Under the pieces are notes generated by a model. That model saw only the letters and a program-made list of their open reading frames with translations, was not told the DNA's origin and ran no database searches. Shown here piece after piece: positions 19,170 to 29,122 of a DNA stretch of 54,614 nt (positions are counted from its first letter, which is position 1; each line of letters begins with the position of its first letter). The position numbers were made by a program, and so were the translations under genes. The stretch is from an uncultured Eubacterium sp. (GTDB lineage Bacteria; Bacillota; Clostridia; Lachnospirales; Lachnospiraceae). The stretch lies in the NCBI GenBank assembly GCA_947385105.1, contig CANDJR010000001.1, forward strand, positions 1 to 54,614, written 5' to 3'.

Positions 19170-20096
19170 TTAGGAAAACATAGGGGTCGATAAATAGCGT
19201 TCGCCAGTATCCGGGAAGACGGCTACAATCGTCTGACCTTGGTGCTCCGGACGCTTTGCCAGTTCTGAGGCTGCACACAAAGCAGCGCCGGAAGATATGC
19301 CTACCAAAATGCCTTCTGTACGCGCAACTTCTCTGCCGCAGGCAAAGGCATCTTCATCCTTTACAGGTATGATTTCATCGTAAATATCTGTGGAAAGTGT
19401 ATCTGGAACAAAACCAGCGCCAATTCCCTGGATTTTATGTGTCCCTGCTTTTTGACCAGATAAAACAGCAGAGGATGCAGGTTCTACAGCTACAATTTTG
19501 ATATTTGGGTTTTGTGATTTTAAAAATTCTCCGGTACCAGTAATCGTACCGCCTGTACCTACTCCTGCGACAAGGATATCAATTTGTCCGTTTGTATCAT
19601 TCCATATTTCTGGGCCCGTTGTTTCACGATGCACTTGCGGGTTTAACTGGTTGACAAATTGCCCAGGGAGAAAGCTGCCTTGGATCTTCGCTGCAAGCTC
19701 GTTAGCTTTTGCAATCGCGCCTTTCATGCCTTTTGAACCATCTGTTAAAACTAACTCAGCGCCATATGCCTGCATCAGGCTGCGGCGTTCCATACTCATT
19801 GTTTCTGGCATTGTGATAATAATACGGATACCGAGCGATGCTGCGATAGATGCCAGGCCAATACCAGTGTTGCCGCTTGTTGGTTCAATAATAACGGAAT
19901 CATGGTGAATCGTTCCGTTTTCCCAGGCATCTAAAAGGATTTTTTTTGCAATGCGGTCTTTGATGCTGCCTGCAGGGTTAAAATATTCTAATTTTGCCAG
20001 TATTGTTGCGTTCAGGCTGTTGTGCCTGCAATAGCTGCCAAGCTCTAAAAGCGGCGTATGGCCGACCAATTCTGTTACATTTTTATAAATTCCCAT
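19170..20096 (-). CDS. cysK: Cysteine synthase A
   Basis: NPAGSIKDR (PLP lysine), EPTSGNTG, GVGTGGT, IQGIG, PDTGERYLST. Confidence 0.97.
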   Translation of the reverse strand: MGIYKNVTELVGHTPLLELGSYCRHNSLNATILAKLEYFNPAGSIKDRIAKKILLDAWENGTIHHDSVIIEPTSGNTGIGLASIAASLGIRIIITMPETMSMERRSLMQAYGAELVLTDGSKGMKGAIAKANELAAKIQGSFLPGQFVNQLNPQVHRETTGPEIWNDTNGQIDILVAGVGTGGTITGTGEFLKSQNPNIKIVAVEPASSAVLSGQKAGTHKIQGIGAGFVPDTLSTDIYDEIIPVKDEDAFACGREVARTEGILVGISSGAALCAASELAKRPEHQGQTIVAVFPDTGERYLSTPMFS

Positions 20097-20190
20097 ATAA
20101 GTTTCCTTTCTGCGAATGATTGTTCTATTTGAAAACAAGCTGCGTGCTTCTTTTTTATTATCATGCTCTGTGTTTTTGCCTTTAATGCAG

Positions 20191-20243
20191 CTATCATAAT
20201 ATAATATTCCTAGTATGTCAATAGGAATATTATATTATGATAG
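20191..20243 (-). promoter_or_regulatory. cysK promoter embedded in a perfect 22-bp inverted repeat; candidate Rrf2 (CymR/IscR-type) operator
   Basis: CTATCATAATATAATATTCCTA / TAGGAATATTATATTATGATAG with 9-bp spacer; minus strand TTGACA (20221-20216)-17-TATGAT (20198-20193). Confidence 0.7.
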
Positions 20244-20255
20244 TTCAAATATTAT

Positions 20256-20388
20256 GTTACTGCTCACTTTGTTCTCAGTAACATGCAAAAATTCATCAAA
20301 AATTGCCTATGGCAAAGGAATTTTTGCACTCCTGAATCATATTCTTACGGACTTTGCAGAAAATGCAAAGTCCTGTGTGAACAGTAAT
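20256..20388 (+). mobile_element. 133-bp GTTAC-family MITE-like element
   Basis: 122/133 identical to 41647-41779; imperfect 8-bp TSD AATATTAT/AAAATTAT (7/8); last base C->T. Confidence 0.85.
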
Positions 20389-20615
20389 AAAATTATTGCT
20401 ATATTTCACAAAAAAAGCTGGGAGTAGTTGCATAATTTCCCATTCGTTGTTATAATAGTGTAGAAAAAGTGTGCAAATGGTGCTGTAAAGTATTGTTTAA
20501 AACCTTATTTATACAAAAAAGCGGCTTGTTATAAAATCTGTTGTATATCAAAACGGCTGTTTTTGGGAGAAAAACGGCAGGATTTGCATAAAAAGAAAAG
20601 GAGAGGAAAAATACT

Positions 20616-21926
20616 ATGAAAAGAAAGAGTGTAATGACTAAATTGTTTGCAGGCGCACTTACTGTTGCAATGGTAAGCTGTCTGGTGCCGGCAGACATGG
20701 CAAAGGCAGTAGTAAAATATGAAAAGGAAACAGCTACGACTGAGGGAACAACCGCGCCAGATGCGTCAGATGACACAACCACACCAGATAACACAGAGAC
20801 GCCAGGAGATACAAATACACCAGGAGATACAGGTACACCGGATGATACAAATACACCAGGTGACACAGCCACACCGGATGAAACTGCAGCGCCAACGATT
20901 TCTTTATCACCATCCACATTGAGCCTTGCAGTAGACAGTTCTTATAAGATTTCTGCATCGGTAACGCCAGAAAACGCATCAGTTACATGGAACAGCAGCA
21001 ATGAAGAAATCGCGACAGTAAGCGCCAGCGGCGTAGTAACAGCAGTGGCAGCAAAAGAATCGGAAGCTGGTACGGGTTTAGCAAATGTTACAATCACTGC
21101 AACAGTAACAGCTGGGGATAAGACAGCAACAGCTAGCTGTGGGGTTACTGTAACGCCAAAAAGTTCTCCGTCAACGCCAACAGAACCAACGACACCAACA
21201 GAACCAAGCAAACCAACAGAGCCGACAACACCAGTAGAACCAGAAAAACCAACAGAGCCGACAACACCAGTAGAACCAGAAAAACCAACAGAACCTAGCC
21301 CGGTACCTACAACAGATCCGGAAAATACGGTACTGACAGATGTGACAGCAAATGCAGACGGTACATTTACCAATGCATCAGGTGCAGTCGTACAAAACGC
21401 AATTGTACAGACAGCAGACGGAACAAAATATGTTACAGATGGCGCTGGAAAGAAAATTACAGATACATTAGTAACATGTAAAGACGGTACGATGTACTGC
21501 ACATTGGAAGATGGCAAGGTAGCAGTAAACCGTTCTGTGACTTATGACTTTGAAAAATATTTTGCAAAAGCAGACGGAACAGTTGCAAAGAATGAGTTTT
21601 ACAAAAAAGCAAGCGGAACAATGGTTTATGCAAAAGCGGATGGAACGCTGGCACGGTTTACGACTTTTAATGTAGACGGTAAAAAATATTTCTCAAGAGT
21701 GAGCGGAGCTGTTGTAAGAAGCGCATTCAGCCATACTCCAGCTGGCAATAGGATTTATTCAAGAGCAAACGGTGAAGTTGTAACGAAACAGTTATTCGAA
21801 GTAGACGGAAAAAGCTACTATGCAGAAAAGAGCGGTGATCTTTCCACAAATAAGTGGGTAAAGGTTGGCAATAAGAAATACTACTGCAATAAAAACGGTG
21901 TAATTACAAAGACAATTAATTTGTAA
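20616..21926 (+). CDS. Secreted/surface protein: signal peptide, Pro/Thr-rich repeats, Ig-like (Big_2-type) domain, C-terminal cell-wall-binding-like repeats
   Basis: MKRK + hydrophobic + AKA signal; VTWNSSNEEIATVSASGVVTAV; YFAKADG-type repeats ending WVKVGNKKYYCNKNG. Confidence 0.85.
   Translation: MKRKSVMTKLFAGALTVAMVSCLVPADMAKAVVKYEKETATTEGTTAPDASDDTTTPDNTETPGDTNTPGDTGTPDDTNTPGDTATPDETAAPTISLSPSTLSLAVDSSYKISASVTPENASVTWNSSNEEIATVSASGVVTAVAAKESEAGTGLANVTITATVTAGDKTATASCGVTVTPKSSPSTPTEPTTPTEPSKPTEPTTPVEPEKPTEPTTPVEPEKPTEPSPVPTTDPENTVLTDVTANADGTFTNASGAVVQNAIVQTADGTKYVTDGAGKKITDTLVTCKDGTMYCTLEDGKVAVNRSVTYDFEKYFAKADGTVAKNEFYKKASGTMVYAKADGTLARFTTFNVDGKKYFSRVSGAVVRSAFSHTPAGNRIYSRANGEVVTKQLFEVDGKSYYAEKSGDLSTNKWVKVGNKKYYCNKNGVITKTINL
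20781..20888 (+). repeat. Six degenerate 18-bp in-frame repeats (TP[G/D]xTx)
   Basis: TPDNTE TPGDTN TPGDTG TPDDTN TPGDTA TPDETA. Confidence 0.85.
21210..21292 (+). repeat. Perfect 36-bp in-frame tandem repeat (KPTEPTTPVEPE), ~2.3 copies
   Basis: 21210-21245 identical to 21246-21281. Confidence 0.9.
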
Positions 21927-21932
21927 TCATAT

Positions 21933-21959
21933 GTTACTGAGAACAGAGTGAACAGTAAC
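21933..21959 (-). mobile_element. 27-bp GTTAC-family miniature element with 8-bp TSD
   Basis: GTTACTGAGAACAGAGTGAACAGTAAC flanked by AATCATAT (21925-21932, 21960-21967). Confidence 0.8.
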
Positions 21960-21995
21960 AATCATATTGCTCCTTTTAATTTACGTTTAGAATAG

Positions 21996-22030
21996 AAAAC
22001 TCCCAGCAGGCAGTGCCTGGTGGGAGTTTT
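21996..22030. terminator. Bidirectional intrinsic terminator
   Basis: AAAACTCCCAGCAGGCA-G-TGCCTGGTGGGAGTTTT. Confidence 0.75.
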
Positions 22031-22040
22031 GTTAAGGGTT

Positions 22041-22475
22041 TTAAATAGAAAAATCTCCTTCTTTTTGCAGTTTCCAATCTACTAAGTCTGCCAATGTGAT
22101 ATTGTCAATCACTTCATTGACCGCTTCATTCATTTTCTGGAATACGAGCAGGGTAATGCAGTCATTACTTTTATCACAACTGCCCGTTTCTGTATCCAGG
22201 CATTCTACGGGTGCAAGGCTGCCTTCTGTTAGGCGCAGAATCATGCCTACGGTGTATTCTGTAGTCGGTCTGGTTAATAAATAGCCGCCTTGCGGGCCGC
22301 GTACACTTCTTACATAGCCAGCCTTGTTTAAGACAGAAATAATTTGCTCCAAATATTTGTCTGAAATTTCCTGCCTTGCGGCAATTTCTTTTAACCGTAC
22401 CGGAGTTGGCGTATTATGCAGCGCTAAATCCAGCATTAAACGAAGCGCATATCTTCCTTTTGTTGAAATCCTCAT
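22041..22475 (-). CDS. Rrf2-family transcriptional regulator (CymR/IscR-like, three Cys)
   Basis: MRISTKGRYAL, YLEQI, SVRGPQGGY, ECL..C..C; start at ATG 22475 after GGAGG. Confidence 0.92.
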   Translation of the reverse strand: MRISTKGRYALRLMLDLALHNTPTPVRLKEIAARQEISDKYLEQIISVLNKAGYVRSVRGPQGGYLLTRPTTEYTVGMILRLTEGSLAPVECLDTETGSCDKSNDCITLLVFQKMNEAVNEVIDNITLADLVDWKLQKEGDFSI

Positions 22476-22585
22476 CTGTATATACCTCCAAATTCCGTCA
22501 TCCATACCGTAAAAGAATAGAATTCCCACTAACTATATATGATACACGCTCATACCATAAATAGCAAGTGGGAAAATCCAGCAAG

Positions 22586-23527
22586 TCAAAACAGGTTTTT
22601 CTTTGCAAAAATAAATGCAACAATGACGCTGATTAGGACAGACAAGACAATTACAATTGCAAATCCTTGCAATTCGGATGCAAACGGCATACCTTTGATG
22701 TTTACATTCATGCCATAGGCACTAAATATCATTGTGGGAATGGAAAGTACGATCGTAATGGTCGCTAAAAACTTCATAGCCATATTTAAATTGTTGGATA
22801 TAATCGAGGCAAATGCATCTACCATGTTGCTCAAAATGCCGCTATAGATATTAACCATTTCCAGCGCCTGTTTATTTTCAATAATGACGTCTTCCAACAA
22901 ATCAGTGTCTTCTGGGTATTTTTTTATGTTTTCTGCACGCATGAGCTTTTCCAATACGACTTCATTGGCACGCAACGAAGTTGTAAAATATACAAGGCTT
23001 TTTTCCAGCTCCATTAATTCCAGCAAATCGCGGTTTTGCGTAGATTTGTGCAGTTTTTCTTCTACAGCTTCGCTTTTGCGGTTGATCACTCTTAAGTAAT
23101 TTAGATAACATTCTGCGTTTTTGTACAAAAGCTGCAGGACAAAACGTGTTTTCATCCGTGTATGGAAATGTCGTATGTGGGAGTTTAAAAATGATTTTAA
23201 TACAATGTTTTCTTCAATACATACTGTAATAATCACATCTTTTAACAGCAGCACGGACATTGGAATTGTCATATAATATTCTCTTTCATTGCGCAGATCA
23301 ATGGTTGGCACATCTACGACAATCATAGAATAGGTATCTTCGATTTGAATGCGGGCGCGCTCCTCCTCATCCATTGCGGCACGAATATCGCTTAACTCGA
23401 TTTCATACTTGCACGCAATTTGTTTTAGTTCCTGTTCAGTAGGATCGGTTAACATGATCCAACAGCCTTCTTCCGGCTGTTCGATCTGCATGGCAATCCC
23501 CTTTGTTGACTTATAAATATGAATCAT
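22586..23527 (-). CDS. CorA-family magnesium transporter
   Basis: KSLVYFTTSL, ASIISNNLN, YGMNV signature. Confidence 0.92.
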   Translation of the reverse strand: MIHIYKSTKGIAMQIEQPEEGCWIMLTDPTEQELKQIACKYEIELSDIRAAMDEEERARIQIEDTYSMIVVDVPTIDLRNEREYYMTIPMSVLLLKDVIITVCIEENIVLKSFLNSHIRHFHTRMKTRFVLQLLYKNAECYLNYLRVINRKSEAVEEKLHKSTQNRDLLELMELEKSLVYFTTSLRANEVVLEKLMRAENIKKYPEDTDLLEDVIIENKQALEMVNIYSGILSNMVDAFASIISNNLNMAMKFLATITIVLSIPTMIFSAYGMNVNIKGMPFASELQGFAIVIVLSVLISVIVAFIFAKKNLF

Positions 23528-23542
23528 AGTGTACTCCTTTTC

Positions 23543-24373
23543 CTACAACGCCGGATACGAAGCGATTCCAAGCACTATACAGAGCAAGTACAGCAACAGC
23601 AAATGCAGCGGATAAAAAAGATAAAAGAAATATTTTAAGTTCCAGCCGCGTGATCCATTATAAAACCAGATAGGAATAAATGCGAGCAACGCTGTGAGCT
23701 CCCAAAAAAATGCGATGCAGCCAGCAATGATTTGATACGGCTTTGTCTTGCGGAAAAGATAAAGCACAGTAACACACAATACGCCAATTGCAGCATAGTC
23801 TGTAAAAAGCAGCTGAGCTGTCAGCATGCAGATTGCTATAATACCAAAGCGGAATAATGATTTTAAGAAAGGCGCAAGGTTTTCCTGCTGATCCATATAG
23901 TTTAAGCCTATCATGGAGAGTAACCCTAAGAAAAGCGTAAAGAACACATTTTGATATCCAAATTCTAAGAAAGAGCCATTAAAAAGTAAATCAAATGGTA
24001 TCTCAGAGATTGCTGCAAACAACAATAACCTGCCTGCGTATTTCCTCCGGTCTTTTGTATGCTCAAATCCTTCTACGAGCAAAAAGCAATAGATTGGAAA
24101 TGCGAGCCTGCCAATATTGCGCATTATAGAATATGCATAAAATAAAGAGCCATTTTGCTCCATCCACATAGAAACGGCAGATGTATTTGCACTATCCAGC
24201 TGATTGATCCCGGAAAGTGATAAATATCTGCCAAGCACTCCGGCTGCAAAATGATCAATCAGCATGGATATTACAGCAATTAATTTTAATGTGCTACCGC
24301 TAACGCCTTTTTGTCTGCCTGCCAAGGCAGGGGGGCGATCCGTATTGGTATATTCATTTGAATCCAGTTCCAT
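23543..24373 (-). CDS. TraX-family membrane protein
   Basis: LKLIAVISMLIDH, GRLAFPI, EGFEHT, SEIPF, QNVFFTL, YNG.RG, FYPLHL. Confidence 0.88.
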   Translation of the reverse strand: MELDSNEYTNTDRPPALAGRQKGVSGSTLKLIAVISMLIDHFAAGVLGRYLSLSGINQLDSANTSAVSMWMEQNGSLFYAYSIMRNIGRLAFPIYCFLLVEGFEHTKDRRKYAGRLLLFAAISEIPFDLLFNGSFLEFGYQNVFFTLFLGLLSMIGLNYMDQQENLAPFLKSLFRFGIIAICMLTAQLLFTDYAAIGVLCVTVLYLFRKTKPYQIIAGCIAFFWELTALLAFIPIWFYNGSRGWNLKYFFYLFYPLHLLLLYLLCIVLGIASYPAL

Positions 24374-24510
24374 AAAATCCTCCTACAATTATTTGCCATA
24401 TATATTGTTAGCGTGTACTTGAACGCATAACCGATCCATAGACGTTTTTCTAAAAAAAGTTTAACACACTATGACCTGGATTTCAATCGTTAAATAAGAG
24501 GCAGCAGCTT

Positions 24511-25161
24511 TTAGGCTACGTATACATACATAAAGATAAAGTGGCAAATACTTCCACCCATGACAAATAAATGAAAAATTTCATGCGATCCAAAATATTT
24601 ATGGCGCTGGTTAAAAATCGGGAGCTTTAATGCATAGATAATTCCGCCTGCTGTATAAATGATTCCGCCAGCTAACAGCCATAAAAATGCTGCAGGCGGC
24701 AATGTATGAAACAGTGTTCCAAATACTGCGACACAAACCCAGCCCATACAAATATAAAGCAAGGAAGAAAACCATTTCGGACATGTGATCCAAAGTGCTT
24801 TAATCAAAATCCCAGCAGCAGCAATCCCCCATACAACCGCCAGCAGTGTCACTCCCTGCCGCCCGCCTAAAACAAGCAGGCAGACTGGTGTGTAAGAGCC
24901 CGCAATTAATACAAAAATCATCATATGGTCGATTTTGCGGAATATGTTTAATATTTTGCCGGATACTGATACAGAATGGTACATGGTACTGGCCCCATAT
25001 AATAAAATCATACTGCACATAAAAACACCCATTGCTATCAAACATTGTGTCCCAGAAGCAGTTTCTGCTTTTATCAATAACGGGATAGAAGCAATGATAG
25101 CTAGTAACATGGCAATAAAATGGGTGAGTGCGCTTGCGGGTTCGCGAATTGTTAATTCCAT
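24511..25161 (-). CDS. Hemolysin III / PAQR-family membrane protein
   Basis: REPASALTH, STMYH, DHMMIF..IAGSYTP, HEIFHLFV. Confidence 0.92.
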   Translation of the reverse strand: MELTIREPASALTHFIAMLLAIIASIPLLIKAETASGTQCLIAMGVFMCSMILLYGASTMYHSVSVSGKILNIFRKIDHMMIFVLIAGSYTPVCLLVLGGRQGVTLLAVVWGIAAAGILIKALWITCPKWFSSLLYICMGWVCVAVFGTLFHTLPPAAFLWLLAGGIIYTAGGIIYALKLPIFNQRHKYFGSHEIFHLFVMGGSICHFIFMYVYVA

Positions 25162-25434
25162 AGTGATTCCTCCTTCATGATCTAGCTTATGAGCTAGTTA
25201 CTAGTTAGGTGAAAAATAGTATCTTTACATCGTATGCCAGAGGCTTCTATGTATACAAAGTATAAACAATCGATCATAAAAACCTGTGCCTGCATCATGT
25301 AGTTTTACAATTTTATTATAAACATATCAATACCTTTATATGTAGTATTGAATACTATGTATATTATTACCAAAAATAATGGACTTGTCAAGTCGTTTTT
25401 TCATTACAGGCAAACATCGAATAGACTGCATTTC

Positions 25435-25467
25435 GTTACTGTGAGCACCAAAGGTGTAAACAGCAAC
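25435..25467 (-). repeat. Degenerate 33-bp GTTAC-family module
   Basis: Reverse complement GTTGCTGTTTAC-ACCTTTGGT-GCTCACAGTAAC resembles the first module of the 143-bp element; no TSD visible. Confidence 0.55.
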
Positions 25468-25506
25468 GATTGTACGAAAAAAAATACAATAAATTTTGGA
25501 ATTTAC

Positions 25507-25535
25507 TTGCAATCTCACATTTCATCCGATATAAT
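25507..25535 (+). promoter_or_regulatory. S10 operon promoter
   Basis: TTGCAA-17-TATAAT. Confidence 0.75.
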
Positions 25536-25541
25536 AGCAAC

Positions 25542-25768
25542 TGCTGTGACATGATAGCGATGAAGTGTGAGGTTGCTGCCTACAGGCAGGTTTTCCGCGG
25601 AGCGAATGTCAAGTTAGGAAACTGGCGACAAGTCACTGTACGATTAGAATATCTACTGCATGTGTTGTAGAAATATGGTGTGTGATCATTACGACACACA
25701 CGGATTCGTGTACAGTCACCGCTTGTCGTACTGAAATTTAAAGTGCGAATAAGGAGGCGACTTTTTTT
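25542..25768 (+). ncRNA. Probable S10 ribosomal-protein leader RNA
   Basis: Long 5' UTR with GCGATGAAGTGTGAGGTTGC...GGAG motif similar to Firmicute S10 leaders, plus several stems. Confidence 0.5.
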
Positions 25769-26080
25769 ATGGCAAGTCAAACAATGAGAATCATTCTCAA
25801 AGCTTATGATCATGAACTGATCGATGCATCAGCAAAAAAAATTATTGAAACTGTAAAGAAAAACGGGGCGCAGGTAAGCGGACCAGTACCACTTCCGACA
25901 AAGAAGGAAGTTGTAACAATACTCCGGGCTGTACACAAGTACAAAGATTCCAGAGAACAGTTTGAGCAAAGAACACATAAGAGGTTAATTGATATCATTA
26001 CACCGACACAGAAAACGGTAGATGCATTAACCAGACTGGAATTGCCGGCTGGTGTTAATATCGATATAAAAATGAAATAG
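25769..26080 (+). CDS. rpsJ: 30S ribosomal protein S10
   Basis: [27 protein letters not shown]. Confidence 0.99.
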   Translation: MASQTMRIILKAYDHELIDASAKKIIETVKKNGAQVSGPVPLPTKKEVVTILRAVHKYKDSREQFEQRTHKRLIDIITPTQKTVDALTRLELPAGVNIDIKMK

Positions 26081-26236
26081 TAAGTGAACAAAAAGGCAAC
26101 AATCCTGAAAGGTTTTAAATATATTTATTTCTAAACTGCTCTAGGATGAGCGCATGATATGGAAAAAAAGCATATTAGCGTTCCGCTGTAGATTATGCCG
26201 GCTGCTGGCAGGCGGCTGGACAACAGGAGGTAAATA

Positions 26237-26920
26237 ATGAAGAAAGCAATTTTAGCTACAAAAGTCGGAATGACTCAAATCTTCAATGAAAACGGGGAAT
26301 TAACCCCGGTTACTGTATTACAGGCTGGGCCTTGTGTTGTAACACAGGTAAAGACAGTAGAAAACGATGGATACAGTGCTGTCCAGGTTGGCTTTGTAGA
26401 TAAGAAAGACAAGATTATTAACAAAGATGCCAACGGCAAAAAGGAAATTAGAAACCGCCATGGCGTTACAAAGGCTGAAAAGGGCCATTTTGACAAAGCT
26501 GGCGTTTCCGGAAAGAGATTCGTAAAAGAATTTAAATTGGAAAATGCACAGGATTACCATCTGGCAGATGAAATAAAGGCTGATATTTTTGCAGAAGGCG
26601 ATAAAATCGACGCTACTGCAATTTCTAAAGGAAAAGGTTTCCAGGGCACTATTAAAAGACACGGACAGCATAGAGGACCTATGGCGCATGGTTCCAAATT
26701 CCACCGTCATCAGGGCTCAAACGGCGCATGTTCTTCTCCAAGCCGCGTATTTAAGGGTAAAGGGATGCCAGGACAGATGGGCAATGAGCAAGTAACCGTC
26801 CAGAATCTGGAAATTGTAAAGGTCGACGTGGAAAACAACCTGCTTTTAGTAAAGGGTTCCGTTCCAGGACCAAAGAAATCACTGGTAACAATTAAGGAAG
26901 CCGTAAAAGCAGTAAAATAG
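26237..26920 (+). CDS. rplC: 50S ribosomal protein L3
   Basis: [21 protein letters not shown]. Confidence 0.99.
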   Translation: MKKAILATKVGMTQIFNENGELTPVTVLQAGPCVVTQVKTVENDGYSAVQVGFVDKKDKIINKDANGKKEIRNRHGVTKAEKGHFDKAGVSGKRFVKEFKLENAQDYHLADEIKADIFAEGDKIDATAISKGKGFQGTIKRHGQHRGPMAHGSKFHRHQGSNGACSSPSRVFKGKGMPGQMGNEQVTVQNLEIVKVDVENNLLLVKGSVPGPKKSLVTIKEAVKAVK

Positions 26921-26949
26921 TGCTTGATTAGGAAAGGAGGACTTAACAG

Positions 26950-27585
26950 ATGGCTAACGTATCTGTTTATAATATGGAAGGCAAAGAAGTAGGCAGCTTA
27001 GAATTAAGCGATGCGATCTTTGGCGTAGAAGTAAATGAACATCTGGTGCACATGGCTGTATTACAGCAGCTTGCAAATAAGCGCCAGGGAACACAAAAAG
27101 CCAAAACACGTTCTGAAGTGAGCGGCGGCGGCAGAAAACCATGGAGGCAGAAAGGAACCGGACATGCAAGACAAGGTTCAACAAGAGCTCCTCAGTGGAA
27201 AGGCGGCGGTATTGTATTTGCACCGACACCAAGAGATTATTCCTTTAAAATGAATAAAAAGGAAAAGAGAGCAGCATTAAAGTCTGTATTGACAACAAAA
27301 GTCAATGAAAATAAATTTATCGTATTAGACGAATTAAAGCTGGATGAAATTAAGACCAAACAGATGGCGCAAGTGCTGCAGGCACTGCATACAGATGGTG
27401 CGCTGATTGTATTAAATGAGAAAAAAGCGCAGGATGATGACAAGAACGTCATTTTATCTGCAAGAAACATTCCGCAGGTTAAGGTTTCACGTACCAATTC
27501 TATCAATGTATATGATATTTTGAAATACAAGACAGTAATTGTTACAAAAGATGCAGTAGCAACGATCGAGGAGGTGTATGCATAA
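26950..27585 (+). CDS. rplD: 50S ribosomal protein L4
   Basis: [24 protein letters not shown]. Confidence 0.99.
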   Translation: MANVSVYNMEGKEVGSLELSDAIFGVEVNEHLVHMAVLQQLANKRQGTQKAKTRSEVSGGGRKPWRQKGTGHARQGSTRAPQWKGGGIVFAPTPRDYSFKMNKKEKRAALKSVLTTKVNENKFIVLDELKLDEIKTKQMAQVLQALHTDGALIVLNEKKAQDDDKNVILSARNIPQVKVSRTNSINVYDILKYKTVIVTKDAVATIEEVYA

Positions 27586-27884
27586 TGGCAAATATTAAAT
27601 ATTATGATGTCATCATCAAACCGGTTGTAACAGAAAAGAGCATGAACATCATGGCGGAAAAGAAATATACGTTTTATGTCCATCCAGAGGCAAATAAAAC
27701 GATGATCAAAGAAGCTGTAGAAAAGATGTTTGAAGGCACAAAGGTGTCAAAAGTCAATACAATGAATATTCCTGGAAAATTAAAAAGGCGCGGTGCTACC
27801 ACAGGCAGGACAGCAGCAAGAAAGAAAGCAATTGTCCAGCTGACAGCAGATAGTGCAGATATTGAGATTTTTAGCGGCCTGTAA
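27585..27884 (+). CDS. rplW: 50S ribosomal protein L23
   Basis: [25 protein letters not shown]. Confidence 0.98.
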   Translation: MANIKYYDVIIKPVVTEKSMNIMAEKKYTFYVHPEANKTMIKEAVEKMFEGTKVSKVNTMNIPGKLKRRGATTGRTAARKKAIVQLTADSADIEIFSGL

Positions 27885-27951
27885 AATCTACGGGATTTAG
27901 AATATGTGCAGCTGCTTGCACGATAAGAAAGCATTGAAAGGAGAAACAACC

Positions 27952-28800
27952 ATGGGAATTAAGACATATAACCCATATACACCTTCCAGAAGAAATATGA
28001 CTGGGTCCGATTTCTCTGAAATTACAAAAAAGACTCCTGAAAAATCTTTATTGGCTCCAAAGAAAAAGCACTCAGGACGTAATAATCAGGGTAAAATTAC
28101 TGTAAGGCACCGCGGCGGTGGCCATAGACAAAAATATAGATTAGTAGATTTTAGAAGAAACAAAGACGGTATTCCGGCAACAGTAGTCGGTATTGAATAT
28201 GATCCGAACCGTTCTGCAAATATTGCATTAATCGCATATGCAGACGGCCAGAAATCCTATATTCTTGCACCAGAAGGATTAACGGATGGAATGAAAGTAA
28301 TGAACGGACCGGATGCAGAAATAAGAGTAGGCAATTGCCTGCCAATTGAGAATATTCCGGTTGGTACACAAATCCACAACATTGAGTTATATGCCGGAGC
28401 TGGCGGACAGCTTGTACGTTCTGCAGGCGTAAGCGCACAGTTGATGGCAAAGGAAGGCAAGTATGCAACATTAAGACTTCCTTCCGGTGAAATGAGAATG
28501 GTTCCTCTGAACTGCCGTGCAACAATCGGTGTAATGGGAAATGGAGAGCACAGCCTGATTAATATTGGTAAAGCAGGACGTAAGCGTCATATGGGTATCC
28601 GCCCGACAGTTCGTGGTTCTGCAATGAACCCGAATGACCATCCACACGGTGGTGGTGAAGGTAAAGCTCCAATCGGACGCCCGGCTCCATCTACCCCTTG
28701 GGGCAAGCCTGCACTTGGCTTAAAGACCCGCAAAAAGAAGAAAGCTTCTAATAAGCTGATTGTAAGAAGACGTGACGGTAGAGCAATCAAGAATAAATAG
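27952..28800 (+). CDS. rplB: 50S ribosomal protein L2
   Basis: [39 protein letters not shown]; ATG 27952 after AAGGAG. Confidence 0.99.
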   Translation: MGIKTYNPYTPSRRNMTGSDFSEITKKTPEKSLLAPKKKHSGRNNQGKITVRHRGGGHRQKYRLVDFRRNKDGIPATVVGIEYDPNRSANIALIAYADGQKSYILAPEGLTDGMKVMNGPDAEIRVGNCLPIENIPVGTQIHNIELYAGAGGQLVRSAGVSAQLMAKEGKYATLRLPSGEMRMVPLNCRATIGVMGNGEHSLINIGKAGRKRHMGIRPTVRGSAMNPNDHPHGGGEGKAPIGRPAPSTPWGKPALGLKTRKKKKASNKLIVRRRDGRAIKNK

Positions 28801-28811
28801 GAGGAATCGTA

Positions 28812-29093
28812 ATGAGTAGATCACTAAAAAAAGGTCCTTTCGCAGATGAAAGCCTGCTGAAAAAGGTAGATGCATTAAATGCTGCGGATGACAAGTCGGT
28901 CATTAAGACTTGGTCCCGCCGCTCTACAATTTTTCCATCTTTTGTAGGACGCACCTTTGCAGTCCATGATGGAAGAAAGCATGTACCGGTATATGTTACA
29001 GAAGATATGGTTGGACACAAGCTCGGTGAGTTCGTTGCAACAAGAACTTACAGAGGCCATGGAAAAGACGAAAAGAAATCGAGAGTGAAATAA
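28812..29093 (+). CDS. rpsS: 30S ribosomal protein S19
   Basis: [24 protein letters not shown]. Confidence 0.99.
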   Translation: MSRSLKKGPFADESLLKKVDALNAADDKSVIKTWSRRSTIFPSFVGRTFAVHDGRKHVPVYVTEDMVGHKLGEFVATRTYRGHGKDEKKSRVK

Positions 29094-29122
29094 TCTGTAT
29101 TTGAGAAAGGAGGCTTTAATTC

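Noticed and set aside
20256-21959. Composite transposon formed by the two elements flanking the surface-protein gene
   Set aside because: Each element has its own flanking duplication, and the outer flanks (AATATTAT versus AATCATAT) do not match, indicating independent insertions.
23543-24373. TraX as evidence of a conjugative element
   Set aside because: No other tra, relaxase or integrase genes; stand-alone TraX-family membrane proteins are common on Firmicute chromosomes.
25204-25260. M-box (ykoK) Mg2+ riboswitch-like words GTTAGGTGA and GAGGCTTCTAT
   Set aside because: The words are split by unrelated sequence, the rest of the aptamer is missing, and the orientation is opposite to the corA-like gene.
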